Shown here: piece after piece, positions 39,633 to 51,225 of the stretch
How positions within the stretch are numbered: the stretch's first letter is position 1
How the letters are laid out: each line of letters begins with the position of its first letter
DNA from: Nitrospirota bacterium
GTDB taxonomy: Bacteria; Nitrospirota; UBA9217
NCBI GenBank assembly: GCA_963845065.1
Contig: CAWJQQ010000008.1
Location: forward strand, 512,001-576,000
Direction: 5' to 3'
Length of the DNA stretch: 64,000 nt
Made by a program: the position numbers and the translations under genes
The notes under the pieces: generated by a model
The model's input: only the letters and a program-made list of their open reading frames with translations
Told to the model about the DNA's origin: nothing
The model's database searches: none

Positions 39633-41450
39633 TCATCTCCTCAAATGAAACGGAACACTAGTTGAAACCACTCCTTTCTTGAAAAAAGCAAATCCTTTTA
39701 TAAAAAGTGCGGTCTGGTTATTCAAAAGGTGATGCCACCACTTTGTCGGCACAAACTCTGGCAATACCAGTGTAATGACACCCTCTTTGTATTTATGTTG
39801 AACCTTAGCCACATATTCCATGAGTGGTTCTATTATCGACCGGTATGGAGATTCAAGTATAAGTAGAGGTGCTCCCATGCAGTGAGCGTCCCAATTTTTT
39901 TTCATTTTCTCTGTCTCTGGGGGGGCAAGGCTTACATATACTGCTACTACATCATCAGAAAGAGCTACCGCATATTTAATCGCATCAACGACTGGCTGGT
40001 GAATCCCTGCTACGGGCACAATGACTGAGTGATGTTTAAATTCCTTTACATCGGTTAAGCAATATTTGACAGAGAGTTGATTCTCAAGTGAAAGATAATA
40101 CCGATGTATCTTCAGGGTCACATACACAAGGCTGGGTATGGCGATAAGCACTATCCACGCACCGTGTGAAAACTTTTCGACACAGATAATAAGGAGAACG
40201 ATTGCTGTTGTAACGGTACCGACACCGTTTATCATGATACTTTTACGCCAGCCCTTTCCCTTATGGGTCAGCCAGTGTTTGACCATTCCACCTTGTGAAA
40301 GGGTAAATGCTGTGAAAACTCCCACGGCGTAAAGGGGAATGAGAGCATGGGTGTCTCCCTTGAAAAACACTATGAGCAAGGCTGAGAGAAAACCAAGTAT
40401 GAGTATGCCATTTGAAAATACTAGCCTGTCACCACGATTGCTGAGCTGTCTTGGTAGGTAACGATCAGTCGCCATAATAGAGGAAAGTCTCGGAAAGTCC
40501 GCAAACGAGGTATTTGCGGCAAGGATCAATATCAATGAGGTAGCAAATTGAATTAAATAGTAAATAAATCCTTTCGAAAATACTGCTCTCGCAAGCTGGG
40601 AAAGCACGGTTTCATTTTCACTGGGTAATATTCTATAATGGTTTGCAAAAAAAGCAATTCCCAGAGTAAGCACGCCAAGTATCGCTGCCATCCATAATAG
40701 GGTTATCCCTGCATTTTTTGATTCTGGAGGCTTGAATGCCCGAACCCCGTTTGATATAGCCTCAATTCCTGTGAGTGTGGCACACCCGGATGCAAATGCC
40801 CTTAATATGATAAACAGTGGCAATACGTTTGAGGTTGTTTCATAGTTTTCATAGACGGAAAGGTATGGAGAAGAATAATATTTATTGCCGCTAACAAAGA
40901 TCAGAAAGAAGAGGCTTCCTATGAAGAGATAAACTGGTACCGAGAATATGTTCCCAGATTCTCTTACTCCCCTGAGATTAATGATCATAATGAGCAATAT
41001 GGCAAAAAGGCCCATTATGATCGTATACTGCCGAAGGCTTGGCAATGCCGAAGTGATAGCTGCTATGCCTGCTGAAATACTGACGGCAACAGTAAGCACA
41101 TAATCGATCAGTAATGCTGCTCCTGCAACAAGTCCTGGATAGGTACCCAGGTTGTCTTTTGCAACAATGTAAGCACCCCCACCTGAAGGGTATGCATGGA
41201 TTGTCTGAAAATATGACGTGGCGACAATCGCAATAAGAACAACGATACCTATCGCTACTGGCACAGAGTAATGAAGTAAAGCAGTTCCCCCAAGAATAAG
41301 AGCGAAAAGAATCTCTTCTGGTCCGTATGCTACGGAGGATAGGGCATCAGAAGAAAAGACAGCCAGTCCCATTAATTTAGTGAGACGTTCGGATTTTTCC
41401 TTTTTGGTTGCGATAGGGCTTCCGATAAGAATTCTCTTAAAGGACATCAA
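39633..41450 (-). CDS. APC-family permease (KimA/YdaO-like)
   Basis: SSDALSSVAYG, YPSGGGAY, DYVLTVAVS, TGIEAISNG, SPYRS, LPEF. Confidence 0.88.
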   Translation of the reverse strand: MMSFKRILIGSPIATKKEKSERLTKLMGLAVFSSDALSSVAYGPEEILFALILGGTALLHYSVPVAIGIVVLIAIVATSYFQTIHAYPSGGGAYIVAKDNLGTYPGLVAGAALLIDYVLTVAVSISAGIAAITSALPSLRQYTIIMGLFAILLIMIINLRGVRESGNIFSVPVYLFIGSLFFLIFVSGNKYYSSPYLSVYENYETTSNVLPLFIILRAFASGCATLTGIEAISNGVRAFKPPESKNAGITLLWMAAILGVLTLGIAFFANHYRILPSENETVLSQLARAVFSKGFIYYLIQFATSLILILAANTSFADFPRLSSIMATDRYLPRQLSNRGDRLVFSNGILILGFLSALLIVFFKGDTHALIPLYAVGVFTAFTLSQGGMVKHWLTHKGKGWRKSIMINGVGTVTTAIVLLIICVEKFSHGAWIVLIAIPSLVYVTLKIHRYYLSLENQLSVKYCLTDVKEFKHHSVIVPVAGIHQPVVDAIKYAVALSDDVVAVYVSLAPPETEKMKKNWDAHCMGAPLLILESPYRSIIEPLMEYVAKVQHKYKEGVITLVLPEFVPTKWWHHLLNNQTALFIKGFAFFKKGVVSTSVPFHLRR

Positions 41451-42114
41451 CGACTCCTTGTAATTTATGATGTTTAAACACAGTGGAAGGAATGTTGTAG
41501 TTTTAAAGCAGTATAATGAAAAATATCCTTAATATAAAGAATAATAATAAGGCATTCTATGAGAAGATGGTAACAGTTACAGTTTGCGCTACTGGGTTTA
41601 CTTTGTAAATCCACATCCAGATAAGAAGGGTTGTAAACTACAGCTCCAACACAACCCGTAAGAAGAGTGCACACAGAAATTACAATTATGTAAACCGTGT
41701 ATTTCATCTCATCTCCATTAAACTTATGCTCACCCGTTTATAACAGAATTCTCGTCTCAAACTATATGACTGCTATTTAGTTATGTCAATGTCCATGAAT
41801 GTTAAGAAATTGGATCGATGATTGCGGGATACTACTTCAAAGTTGAACTTCCATTTGCAGGGTCTTCATTGCAGTATTCAGGATGAATAGATCAACTTGA
41901 TTAATTCAAACTGTTCACATCTTTTGTTGGTAACCTGTTCATTACTCTGTTAATAGCCTTTGCTTGAATGCAGTTCCCGTGAAGATAATGCAGGCTGCAC
42001 TACATTTAAGCAGACAACATATTTTAGTCGTATGTCGCAGTGCAAGTTAGAATCAATATTCTTTACGTCACTCTCAAATTAGAACGTTTGCGAAGTGCAC
42101 CTAGTTTGTAGATC

Positions 42115-42519
42115 TTATTGTTTAAAGCAATTAATAAATGGAGTTGAAATTATGCGTTCTAAATCCTTCCTGAATTGATTGAGGTCTGTTGACTTGTGAA
42201 GAAAACTGTATGCCCCTGCCATGACGGCTAACTGTTTATCCGATGCCAGATTCGAATGTGTGAAGATTACGACAGGAATGCGGCGAAAACGTTCATCGTT
42301 CCGCATTTTCCGCAGCACCTCTAAGCCGTCCAGTTTAGGCATTTTCAAATCGAGCAGTATCAACGAAGGTAGTGCAGTTAAACCTTCAAGGAGAGCAAGC
42401 CCGGCCTCACCGCTTAAGGCGGTATGGGTCCTGATCTTCTGGTTGATTTTCGCTAAGATAAATTTCGTCATGAGAATTTCATCCTCGCTATCGTCAATAA
42501 TGAGCACTGCTAGTTCCAT
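42115..42519 (-). CDS. Stand-alone response regulator receiver
   Basis: IIDDS, LLDLKMPKLDG, FLHK. Confidence 0.88.
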   Translation of the reverse strand: MELAVLIIDDSEDEILMTKFILAKINQKIRTHTALSGEAGLALLEGLTALPSLILLDLKMPKLDGLEVLRKMRNDERFRRIPVVIFTHSNLASDKQLAVMAGAYSFLHKSTDLNQFRKDLERIISTPFINCFKQ

Positions 42520-42762
42520 TGTCTCCCTCCAATTGTTGTTGCAAAGAGTCTATTGTTAAGTTTGATAGCAGCCCTAAAAGTCTCCTAGAAGAGCCTAAAA
42601 ACGAAAACTGAAAGATTGTTGCATATTATAACTAGAAGCATTGTCAAGTCAAGGATTTGATAAGAGATTAACTGTGTGATTTCAAGAAGATGCAACTGTT
42701 GATGAGTCAGAACGGTAGGGACCGCAAGCTTAATTCACTTCCGTTAAGCTGGGGACATTAAG

Positions 42763-44287
42763 ATCAGGTCAAGTTTTTAGTTGAAATTAGTTGAGTGGCC
42801 CGCGCTCCCTTCGGCTAAGGCTTTTTATCGATTCAACGGTGTAAAGCATCGTTGTGTATAAAATCGGATTCGTAGGATCGCCATATTTGAGTTTTCTGAG
42901 GCCGAGCCATACCTAACCATCCCTCCTTATGCAGCCTTTTTGACCGTTAGGTCATTTATTTCGTCCGCCTCGATCCGTTTCATCACGTCCGCGATGAAGG
43001 CGTGACCCTTGATCTTCCTGAATCCTTGTTCAGCATATAAAAGAACAGAAGCGAGCCAGCGCTGCATCATCTTGCTGTCGCGATAGCGCTTTATATTGCC
43101 CTCTGCTTTTCTCACCGTAGAAAACATGCTCTCAATAGGATTGGTAGAATGCAAGGTATTCCGCAAGAGAGCGGGAACCTTCAACCTGTGAAGGGTGAGA
43201 ATGTCTTCTATCGCTTCCATGAGCGAATCAGCCGCCGACTCATTGATGCCCCGAAGCCATTTCTCCATGTCCAGAAGCATCTGACGAGCATCTGCGTAAT
43301 TATTCTGCTCCAGGGCAGTTCGGAACCTCCTGTGTGCGTCTTTCCGGTATTTCTTCGGCAAATGATGCTGTATATTGCGGTCCTTGTGGATCGTGCACCG
43401 CTGATGGATCAATTTCTTGCCGAAGCGATCCCGGAGAGCTTTGATTACGCCTCTGCCACCATCGATGACCCAGATGATTCGTCGTGATAGTGTCAGACCC
43501 CGCCGTTCCATATCGGAAAACAGTTCTTCGCACAATTCATGGTTCTCCGTCGCCCCCTGCCAGAATCCCAATGTCTGCTTCGTTCCAGCACTATCGAGCC
43601 CCAGCGCCACGATGAATGCCTCTCCGCCGCGGTGAACAGTGTCTAAAAAGACTGCAAAGGGGACGAATGACGTGAGTGACCGTTCCTTAAACTCCTGAAG
43701 CTGTTTTGCTGTTGCCGCGACGATATGGCTCGACACCGTGCTGGCAGATACGCCAAATGCTTGCGCCGTATCTACAACCGTCTCCGCATACTTCCGGCAT
43801 GATATGCCACGGAGTACCTTTCCAAGCAATTCTTCTGAGAAACCTTCCGGTTTTTTCAACTTCTGATAACTCTGAAGCGCAATCTCACCAGCCGGACCTC
43901 GAAGCCGAGGGTGGGTCACTGGGATCTTCTGATCTCCGATATAGACGGAACCGCCCTGGCTTGCCCACTTCCACAGGTCAGGACTGGTGGGCTGGTAGTC
44001 TGGCCCGGCAATCTCCTCACGCTCGATGTACATGATCGTCTCCGCCATCAGTCGGCCCATTTCCTTCATGCATTCATCAAAACCCTGTTTACCTTTTGCG
44101 AAGACATAATACATCTGTTCAATGATCTCCTGCCTTCCATATGCCTCTTCAATTCCTCGTATTGCCTTTTTCCTCTTCCTTGTGGTATCCTTCATCGAGT
44201 GGCTCCTTTCTTTGTTTCTCTCTCTCTACCGTGGATTATGCCACGGGGGAGCCACTCTTTTCAATTTCAACTAAAAACAGTATAACC
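42763..44287 (-). mobile_element. IS256-family insertion sequence (ends approximate)
   Basis: IR core GTTTTTAGTTGAAATT (42773-42788) / AATTTCAACTAAAAAC (44263-44278); no TSD seen. Confidence 0.8.
42927..44195 (-). CDS. IS256-family transposase
   Basis: FLDT, IDGG, QRCTIHK.RN, STNPIES. Confidence 0.92.
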   Translation of the reverse strand: MKDTTRKRKKAIRGIEEAYGRQEIIEQMYYVFAKGKQGFDECMKEMGRLMAETIMYIEREEIAGPDYQPTSPDLWKWASQGGSVYIGDQKIPVTHPRLRGPAGEIALQSYQKLKKPEGFSEELLGKVLRGISCRKYAETVVDTAQAFGVSASTVSSHIVAATAKQLQEFKERSLTSFVPFAVFLDTVHRGGEAFIVALGLDSAGTKQTLGFWQGATENHELCEELFSDMERRGLTLSRRIIWVIDGGRGVIKALRDRFGKKLIHQRCTIHKDRNIQHHLPKKYRKDAHRRFRTALEQNNYADARQMLLDMEKWLRGINESAADSLMEAIEDILTLHRLKVPALLRNTLHSTNPIESMFSTVRKAEGNIKRYRDSKMMQRWLASVLLYAEQGFRKIKGHAFIADVMKRIEADEINDLTVKKAA

Positions 44288-45268
44288 TCCCTGCGGGTCG
44301 TCGAATGTCTCGCCTCTGACCAACAGGCTGTACGTATCGTTAAAGTCGAACTTCACGATGCCGGCAAAACCCGACCACTTTGCTGTGCCTATCGGGACGG
44401 CGTGTTGTTCGTTAGCGTTATCATAGTTCAATATGAATGATAGTGGCTTCACCGGCTTGATCGTGGCAATGAGATCAACCAACTGCCTGATGTCGTGGGT
44501 ATTGTTGTCCTGCTCAGGTCCAGACATGTAGTTGACGTACCCTGAGAATGTATCCGAAGGTGCGTAGCCGATGCTGACGCCAATAGACTTTCCACTGTTG
44601 TTGTCTTCCGCATTGTCCCATCCGTTGACGACATACAAGCTCGCGCTTAGGGCATCGGTAAAACCATAGCTCATCTTGAGACCCGTGTGAGTAACAGGCC
44701 CTGCATAATTAAACAGGAACGACCGGGAATACTTCGGATTGTCAATTGCCTCGATCACTTCCGTGCCGATGTAGCTGACCATCTTGCCAAGATCAAACCC
44801 GAGCCCACTGCCGATCGGCGAGCAATAAGCTCATATACGCCTCTATCAAGTCGAAAGTATCGGTTCCTTCGCCAACCTGCGCCTGGTTGAGCGGAGCGCC
44901 GCTCAAACCGCGTGCATGGATCCACGTTGCCGTCTCACCCATGGAGAGTTTGATTCTGTAGCCAATGTTGTCCGAAGTTGGTGTGTCCTCCGAGATTAGG
45001 ATCTGGGCAAGATCGAGGGTAAGGCTGTTAGCATCGTGGTCGAACACCCGCAAATCGTTTACCGAGTCCTGAGTGCTGCCGTTGCTGGCGCTCTCATTGT
45101 ACGTATAGCCGCCCTGAACGTAGAAGCTGATACCGAGTGCTTTCTTGATTTCACGGGCGCTCACTGCGGTGCTTCCGGTTTCGCATCGTCTGCGAATATT
45201 GGCACCGCCAAGGCCAACATGGCGCAGGATATCATCAAACCGATCTTCAAACCTAGAGTAGAATCCAT
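44288..45268 (-). pseudogene. Outer-membrane beta-barrel porin, frameshifted twice and truncated by IS256
   Basis: Signal peptide from 45268; fragments 44793-45164 and 44288-44782 (YSRSFLF..P.THTG, NGWD) are in different frames. Confidence 0.8.
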
Positions 45269-45569
45269 TTTTTTATTTGAATCTCCGTACGATTTTTCGT
45301 CCGTTAGTTATTATAAGGACGGAATGGACATCCATTGGGCAATACGGGGAGTGGCAAATATAGGATGAATAATTGACTAAAAGCTTCGACCGGAATTTAA
45401 CATTTTTTTGGTGTTCCTAGCTCTCAGGCCTGCACCTACTGTCATACACATATGCCTGTTGAGAGAAGTGCGGACTTCCAATTGAATCATTCCGATATTG
45501 CGACCTCATGGGCGGGAGAAATGGTTGGTTGATACCTAACATGTCCCGTAAGTTCTCCGATCCGAAAGC

Positions 45570-46265
45570 TCATGCGGATGGAGGAGGTTCTTGTGTACTG
45601 CAAGTCCCTCCACAAGTACACGCAAGGCTTTTTGCCTTTGCCTTTTCTAACGATTCCTTTCCTTCCCGGTAACAGAGCCACGCTATCACGAACGTACCGA
45701 CGGCGTCAATCCCGCCGATATGGGTGATTTCGTAACTGACGCTTGCTATGAGCAGAACGATAGAAAGCTGCAAACAGGCGCGTGTACATGCAGCATCGGA
45801 AAGGATAGCCTCGGAGTTGAGCTGTTTCCCGACTTTTACCTTGTAATGGGTCAATAGCCACATTGTGACAATGGAGATGACGGAAACGACAACGCCCCAG
45901 AAGGTTGTGTCAGGCTTGTGCCCCCGATAAAGACCGACAGCAGCAGTAATCGAGAGACCGATGACCAGGACGTAGAATCCGATTCCTGTGATTTTAAGAG
46001 CCGTTTGCTCGAAATGATCGAGGTTCTCTTCGCTGTCACTACTGATCCTCCTCACCATGTGCCAGATTCCAATACCCGAAACCACCTCTACGAAGGAGTC
46101 CACTCCAAACCCGAAGAGCGCCATGCTCCCGTCCGCAAATCCGAAATAAACTGAAACCGCTCCTTCTACGATATTGTAAGCAATGGTGATGAGCGCCAAA
46201 GCGGAAGCAAAAGCGTAAAGTCTTCTATTTTCTTGAGATGCTCCAATATTAATTATTTCCGTCAT
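45570..46265 (-). CDS. Cation diffusion facilitator-like transporter (TM domain only)
   Basis: YNIVEG, FGVDSFVE, SDAACT; Cys-rich tail CTCGGTC. Confidence 0.8.
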   Translation of the reverse strand: MTEIINIGASQENRRLYAFASALALITIAYNIVEGAVSVYFGFADGSMALFGFGVDSFVEVVSGIGIWHMVRRISSDSEENLDHFEQTALKITGIGFYVLVIGLSITAAVGLYRGHKPDTTFWGVVVSVISIVTMWLLTHYKVKVGKQLNSEAILSDAACTRACLQLSIVLLIASVSYEITHIGGIDAVGTFVIAWLCYREGKESLEKAKAKSLACTCGGTCSTQEPPPSA

Positions 46266-46560
46266 TATTCATTGGCCTTAATAAGAACTGTAACAGATAC
46301 AGTAAGGAACCTGCACCGTATGCTTCAACTCCTATTTTATACGTTATCACAAATTATGTCTATCTCGTCTCCACCTACAAGCATGTAGTGCTGTTGACTA
46401 AAAAACAATGTAATATATTACTTGAAAAGTAGTATATGAACGCGCGATTCATACACAGTGGGTACGCCATCGTGCGGACCCGATTGTTGCTCCACATTTG
46501 TTTACAAACTCTGCAATCAGTTGACGTGCGTAAGCCTCAGCATGTTGGACAAGAATAAAG

Positions 46561-47226
46561 TCATTTGACCTCTATCTTGATAACGATCTCCTCTGTCGAG
46601 GCCACAGGCTTACCGTTCTTTATTGCAGGAATAAAACGCCATTGTTTGAGGCTGTTTAGTAATATCCTGTTAAGACGTGGGTTCGGAGTCGGCTGAGCGA
46701 GTTCTACAGTTACGCTGCCATCGATGGCAATATGGAAAAGCGCCAACGCAACGGAATTAAACGCGTCTTCACGCAGGTCATCAGGGATTTGTGGCATTGG
46801 TTTGATAATTGCCCGGGCTCCGCTGCTTGTGTACATGTTACCTCGTGACGAGCCTTTTTCCTCGGTCGCGGCGGCAGCAGATATCACCCCGGCGGTGTTA
46901 GTTGTCAGCTCTGTCTTCTGGGCTGGCGTTTGCTGTTCGGTGCTTGATGTTACCTTAGATATCACAGGTGCCTGCAACGGTATGACCGGGGGCACTGTTT
47001 TCGGTTGATGCACGGTGGCAGTCGCAGGCGAAGCGGGCTGCTCAATCAACTGTGCATCTATAGGTGACGGCTCCATCGGCCGGTGGCTAGGCTTTCCCAT
47101 AAAATATGCCAACCCCCATAACGCCACTGCCCAAATCAGCAGAGCTGTAGGCAGCGTCCAGGGGAGGCGGTGCCACGGGCTATCCATACTCCGAAGTGTT
47201 CTCATTAATGTGGTCTCACCTGACAT
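46561..47226 (-). CDS. tonB: Energy transducer TonB
   Basis: N-terminal TM, Pro-rich linker, C-terminal DGSV..WRFIPA..NGKPV. Confidence 0.85.
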   Translation of the reverse strand: MSGETTLMRTLRSMDSPWHRLPWTLPTALLIWAVALWGLAYFMGKPSHRPMEPSPIDAQLIEQPASPATATVHQPKTVPPVIPLQAPVISKVTSSTEQQTPAQKTELTTNTAGVISAAAATEEKGSSRGNMYTSSGARAIIKPMPQIPDDLREDAFNSVALALFHIAIDGSVTVELAQPTPNPRLNRILLNSLKQWRFIPAIKNGKPVASTEEIVIKIEVK

Positions 47227-47620
47227 GTTTGACTGCTATAAGAAAATGCTGCGCACCCGCCTCATGGCACTGAAGCATCGCCTGCACAGTTACTCCGTTG
47301 GGTGCTTCACTATCGGCCGCCACAATGATACTCGTCTCCGGCCCTTTGAGCATCGGTTTCAAGAACACGGCAAGCGTATCCAGGGTCACCGGGACCTCGT
47401 CCAGGAGGATATGGCTGTCACGGGTGATGGTAAGCGTCACCGGGGTCTCGGGTTTCATTGCCGCAGCTCGTCCCTGGGGGAGATTAACCGCCAGTGAATG
47501 CAGGTTCTGCATGGACAGCGAAGCAAGCATGAACGTGACGAGGAGAAAGAACATCACATCGATCATTGGGATGATTTCGATCCGGCCGCGCCTGTGTTGG
47601 CGAGATTTACGCAGTTTCAT
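47216..47620 (-). CDS. exbD: Biopolymer transport protein ExbD
   Basis: IIPMIDVMFFLLVTFM, VNLP. Confidence 0.9.
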   Translation of the reverse strand: MKLRKSRQHRRGRIEIIPMIDVMFFLLVTFMLASLSMQNLHSLAVNLPQGRAAAMKPETPVTLTITRDSHILLDEVPVTLDTLAVFLKPMLKGPETSIIVAADSEAPNGVTVQAMLQCHEAGAQHFLIAVKHVR

Positions 47621-48260
47621 GGGTTCTCTCCAGATCATTTTCGGCCATCCGGATGTTGTCCACCAGCCGCGTTCCCAGTCGTTCCATTTCGTCTAGCATC
47701 TGCGATTGCCTCCGCGAAAAGAAATTGAACGCGAACAGGGATATAACGGCAATGAAGAGACCGAGCGCGGTAGCAATAAGAGCCTGGGCCACCCCTCCTG
47801 TTACGCCTGTCGGGTCCACCAGGCCGTTGCTGCCTATCAAGTTGAAGGCATGCATCATCCCGGTGATCGTCCCAAGCAGACCCAAGAGAGGAGCAGCCGT
47901 GACAATGGTTTCGAGAATCCACAACCCCCGGCTCAATGACTTTTCGATCAACTGTGCTTCATCGCCTGCGCGCGATTCCACCCACCAGACCGGCTTCCCG
48001 CGGTTGTTCATGACCACCCGGAAAAACCGCTGAAAATAGTTTTGCTGGTCGAGCCCTGTCAACTGCCGGTCTAATTCCGACCAGGAAAAATCATAGGTCT
48101 CAACGAGTTCAAGCAGCGGATTCGGAAGGCGAACGTACCTCCAATAGACGAACGACTTATCGAGTATGACTACCGCAGCCAAGACTGCGAGCAGTAACAA
48201 TGGATAGACCATCGCGCCGCCGAATTTTAATGCTTCCCACGCTATATTTATTTCTTGCAT
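47607..48260 (-). CDS. exbB: ExbB/MotA/TolQ proton channel
   Basis: APLLGLLGTITGM, QALIATALGL. Confidence 0.9.
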   Translation of the reverse strand: MQEINIAWEALKFGGAMVYPLLLLAVLAAVVILDKSFVYWRYVRLPNPLLELVETYDFSWSELDRQLTGLDQQNYFQRFFRVVMNNRGKPVWWVESRAGDEAQLIEKSLSRGLWILETIVTAAPLLGLLGTITGMMHAFNLIGSNGLVDPTGVTGGVAQALIATALGLFIAVISLFAFNFFSRRQSQMLDEMERLGTRLVDNIRMAENDLERTHETA

Positions 48261-48314
48261 CGTATACCTCTCGATCAAAGATAAGTGCGGAGGGGAACTC
48301 CCCTCCGTCATTCA

Positions 48315-50678
48315 TTAAAATAATTTGCTAATGCCGGCAAAGCCACCGATCCGCGGCCCGTACTGGGGTGTGTCCACGCCGATTCCGCTTCCGTCCCTGA
48401 TTTCATTTTTCCTGTCTAAAACGTTGATTACGCTCAGTCGCCACTCCATGAGGCCTAAGCTCGCCAACTCAAATTTACGCGTCGCCCCCAGATTGACCTG
48501 GACGTTTTGTGGCAATTGACCAGTATTGGCGAATCCTTTCCGCAAGCCGCTTCCGCCGGTGGCATCGGTGCTGAGAAGTGTTCCTAACCAGAGATATGAG
48601 ATACCGCCCGAAGCCGTGTAGAGCTGGTCATGGTCCGTATGCACCCAAGTGTTGGTGATATAGGTTAGCTCATCAGGGTCAAAGTTAAACTGTGATGATA
48701 CAACGTTTTTGGCAATGCTGACGGTACGGGCAAGATTGGCGTATGCGGCAAAATTACCGGAGCGGTAGTTGCCGGTCAGTTCCACTCCATAGATTTGTCC
48801 CTCTGAATAGTTGAAAGGAGAAAAGATCAGGGCCTGGCCGAATTGGCCCTCGTCGATCAGATTCCTGACTTTCTTGTAGAAGCCATCAACACCGACGTTC
48901 AGCTCTGAGGTGAGCGTCTGGGTGATCCCGGCATCGTAATAGTCAGACCGCTCCGGCAAAACGGATGAATTCAAATTGCTTGGGGCCGCATTGGAGGTGT
49001 TCGCGAAAAGGGCCAGTGTCTTGTTCGAGATCAGCTCGTCCGGCGGTGGTGTGAAGTAACGGGCATAGGCTGCATGCAGCGTGGTCTCCGATGTCGCCTT
49101 GTAAACCAGGCCCAGACGGGGACTCAGCTGATTGGCTTCTACAAAGGCGTTCATCTGGTCAAAACGGAGCCCATAGTTCACGGTCAATTTATCAAATGGT
49201 TTCCACTCATCCTGGAGGTATACGCTTGCGAGGGTGTTGCCACTCTTCGGGTTGTCGTCCGTGATCGAGTAGGGCGCACCGGTAACGTTCCCGTTGATGT
49301 CTACCGGGAAAACCGTGGAATCGTTATTGCTTTGAATATTGTCTGTGCTTGCAAAAAAGCCCATCCGGACCGTATGAGCATCGTTCAGTCGGTAACTTCC
49401 GTCACCCTGTAATCCGTTGCTGAAACTGCTGCGGAAAACATCCGATGCTACCCCATTGAAAACAAGGTCGCCGATAGGGTCGGGCGTGAAATGGACGCTC
49501 GTGTAACGGGTGACAGCGGCGACCTGGTAATCGAAGTCCGACCCGATGGAGCTTTGCAAGGCTAAGACCCCATAACGATTGGTCTCGTACTGCCGCTCGT
49601 TGACTGCGGCAGAGTCGAAGCTGGCAATGCCCGCCCCGGCCAGGTAGCCCGGATTGGGAGGTTGTCCCGGATTATTGGGAATTTGAAACCAACCATCGTA
49701 ACTGCCAAACATCAGGCTTAACCGCGTCGTGGGATTGACGAGGTATGATAAATACCCGAAGCCCTTATCTTGATCCGTGTGGTCATGGATCGCCTTGTGG
49801 CTGGAGGTCGGGTTTTCGATGCCCAAGTCGTCTGTCAGATAGGAACCGGTCAGGTAGTAGGTCAGTTTCCCTGTTGTGCTTCCGAACTCGAAACTTGGTT
49901 GCAAGGTGTTGTTGCTTCCTCCATAGAGATCGACACGCCCTCCTGGCTTAAAGTTGGCCTTGGTATCTATTTCGATCACCCCCGCCTCGCGGAGGCCGTA
50001 TTGGGCCGGCATGGCGCCGGTCAGGAGTTCGACCCGGTTGAAAAACCGAGTGTCGAATGCCTGGCCGAATCCGGTTATCCCCTCTGGTAAGATAACACCA
50101 TTAAGGCGGTACTGAATATTAGCGTGGTCACCTCGCACATGCAGCTGGCCAAACGAATCATTGGCCACACCGGGTGCCTGGAGTAATACCTGGTTGAAAG
50201 ACGTATTTTCTCCCTGAGGTAAAGCGGTAACATCTTTCTGGTCGAAACCGTATTCACTACCTCCCGTCTTTGGTGACAGGCTGTTTCGAGCCTTGTTTAA
50301 GCGCTCTGCTACGACTGATACCTCAAGTGCTTCCTGGGAGGCCAATGTCACTATTGTAGTGGTTATTGTCCCGGCCACTACTGTCACTATGGCGGTACTT
50401 GTTTGAAAGCCGGGTTTTTCTGCGATGACCGCATAGATGCCAGGTATTACACTAGAAAACACGAAGTGGCCGTCGGCATCACTCTGAGTCTTCCCCATGA
50501 CAGTTTCATCGGATGCTTTTAGAACCAGACTTGCCCCGGACAGGGGTCTTCCCAGGGCGTCCTTGATCGTTCCATGGATTTCGTCAGTAGCTTCAGGGGC
50601 GGCATATGACACGGCCGCCATTATGATTAAAAGAGCGAGCGCCAATACGGCGCCCGTTAAAATATATAATAAGCGCAT
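48315..50678 (-). CDS. TonB-dependent receptor with N-terminal carboxypeptidase-regulatory-like domain
   Basis: Plug LHVRG..NG, QDEWK, SPRLG, PERS, NVLD, terminal Phe. Confidence 0.92.
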   Translation of the reverse strand: MRLLYILTGAVLALALLIIMAAVSYAAPEATDEIHGTIKDALGRPLSGASLVLKASDETVMGKTQSDADGHFVFSSVIPGIYAVIAEKPGFQTSTAIVTVVAGTITTTIVTLASQEALEVSVVAERLNKARNSLSPKTGGSEYGFDQKDVTALPQGENTSFNQVLLQAPGVANDSFGQLHVRGDHANIQYRLNGVILPEGITGFGQAFDTRFFNRVELLTGAMPAQYGLREAGVIEIDTKANFKPGGRVDLYGGSNNTLQPSFEFGSTTGKLTYYLTGSYLTDDLGIENPTSSHKAIHDHTDQDKGFGYLSYLVNPTTRLSLMFGSYDGWFQIPNNPGQPPNPGYLAGAGIASFDSAAVNERQYETNRYGVLALQSSIGSDFDYQVAAVTRYTSVHFTPDPIGDLVFNGVASDVFRSSFSNGLQGDGSYRLNDAHTVRMGFFASTDNIQSNNDSTVFPVDINGNVTGAPYSITDDNPKSGNTLASVYLQDEWKPFDKLTVNYGLRFDQMNAFVEANQLSPRLGLVYKATSETTLHAAYARYFTPPPDELISNKTLALFANTSNAAPSNLNSSVLPERSDYYDAGITQTLTSELNVGVDGFYKKVRNLIDEGQFGQALIFSPFNYSEGQIYGVELTGNYRSGNFAAYANLARTVSIAKNVVSSQFNFDPDELTYITNTWVHTDHDQLYTASGGISYLWLGTLLSTDATGGSGLRKGFANTGQLPQNVQVNLGATRKFELASLGLMEWRLSVINVLDRKNEIRDGSGIGVDTPQYGPRIGGFAGISKLF

Positions 50679-50955
50679 TTCATTCTCCTATTAATTTCGC
50701 ATGACCATAAGCGCCTTGAGATGCCTCCTCACACACTGAAGCAGTAAGATACTTGCATCATATCTCAGTGAATGAGTTGATTTCATGCGTAAATGAGCCG
50801 AGCAAGCCCTTTGTTGTGCACCGACACATTTTTTCCGAAAGACGTAAGACTATTTCGGAATGATTAAAAAGTCAGTGATCCTTCGCGACCAAGCAAAGAT
50901 CGCGAGGGCTGTTCCGCTTTTACCATTAGATTGAGAGAGGCAAATTCGTGGATAT

Positions 50956-51225
50956 TTACACAGGAGGTGCGCGATTGCGCAAGGAATGGGAAAAGAGATT
51001 ATCGGTAAAAACAGGTGAAGGAGCGACAAATGTCGTTTCTGTGAAATGGGGGACGCTATTGAAAACAACCATCCACTGGCCGGTTGCGGGCACATGGTTA
51101 ATTGCAATACAGATTGGGCAGTCGTGGTCGTCCGCGGTATTTTCATGGTGATGCGACACCGCCACGAATGTGGAAACAAGGAAAAGCAGAATAAGTAAAA
51201 CAATGATGCGTTTGTTCCAGAGCAT
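50956..51225 (-). CDS. DUF2946/CruR-like leader protein with C-terminal RAPP
   Basis: Signal-like N-terminus, HHH..HDCPIC, ends RAPPV; directly upstream of the TBDR operon. Confidence 0.8.
   Translation of the reverse strand: MLWNKRIIVLLILLFLVSTFVAVSHHHENTADDHDCPICIAINHVPATGQWMVVFNSVPHFTETTFVAPSPVFTDNLFSHSLRNRAPPV

Noticed and set aside
41474..41707. Small lipoprotein-like ORF
   Set aside because: Lipobox LTGC is present but the remainder looks degenerate; not supportable as an intact gene
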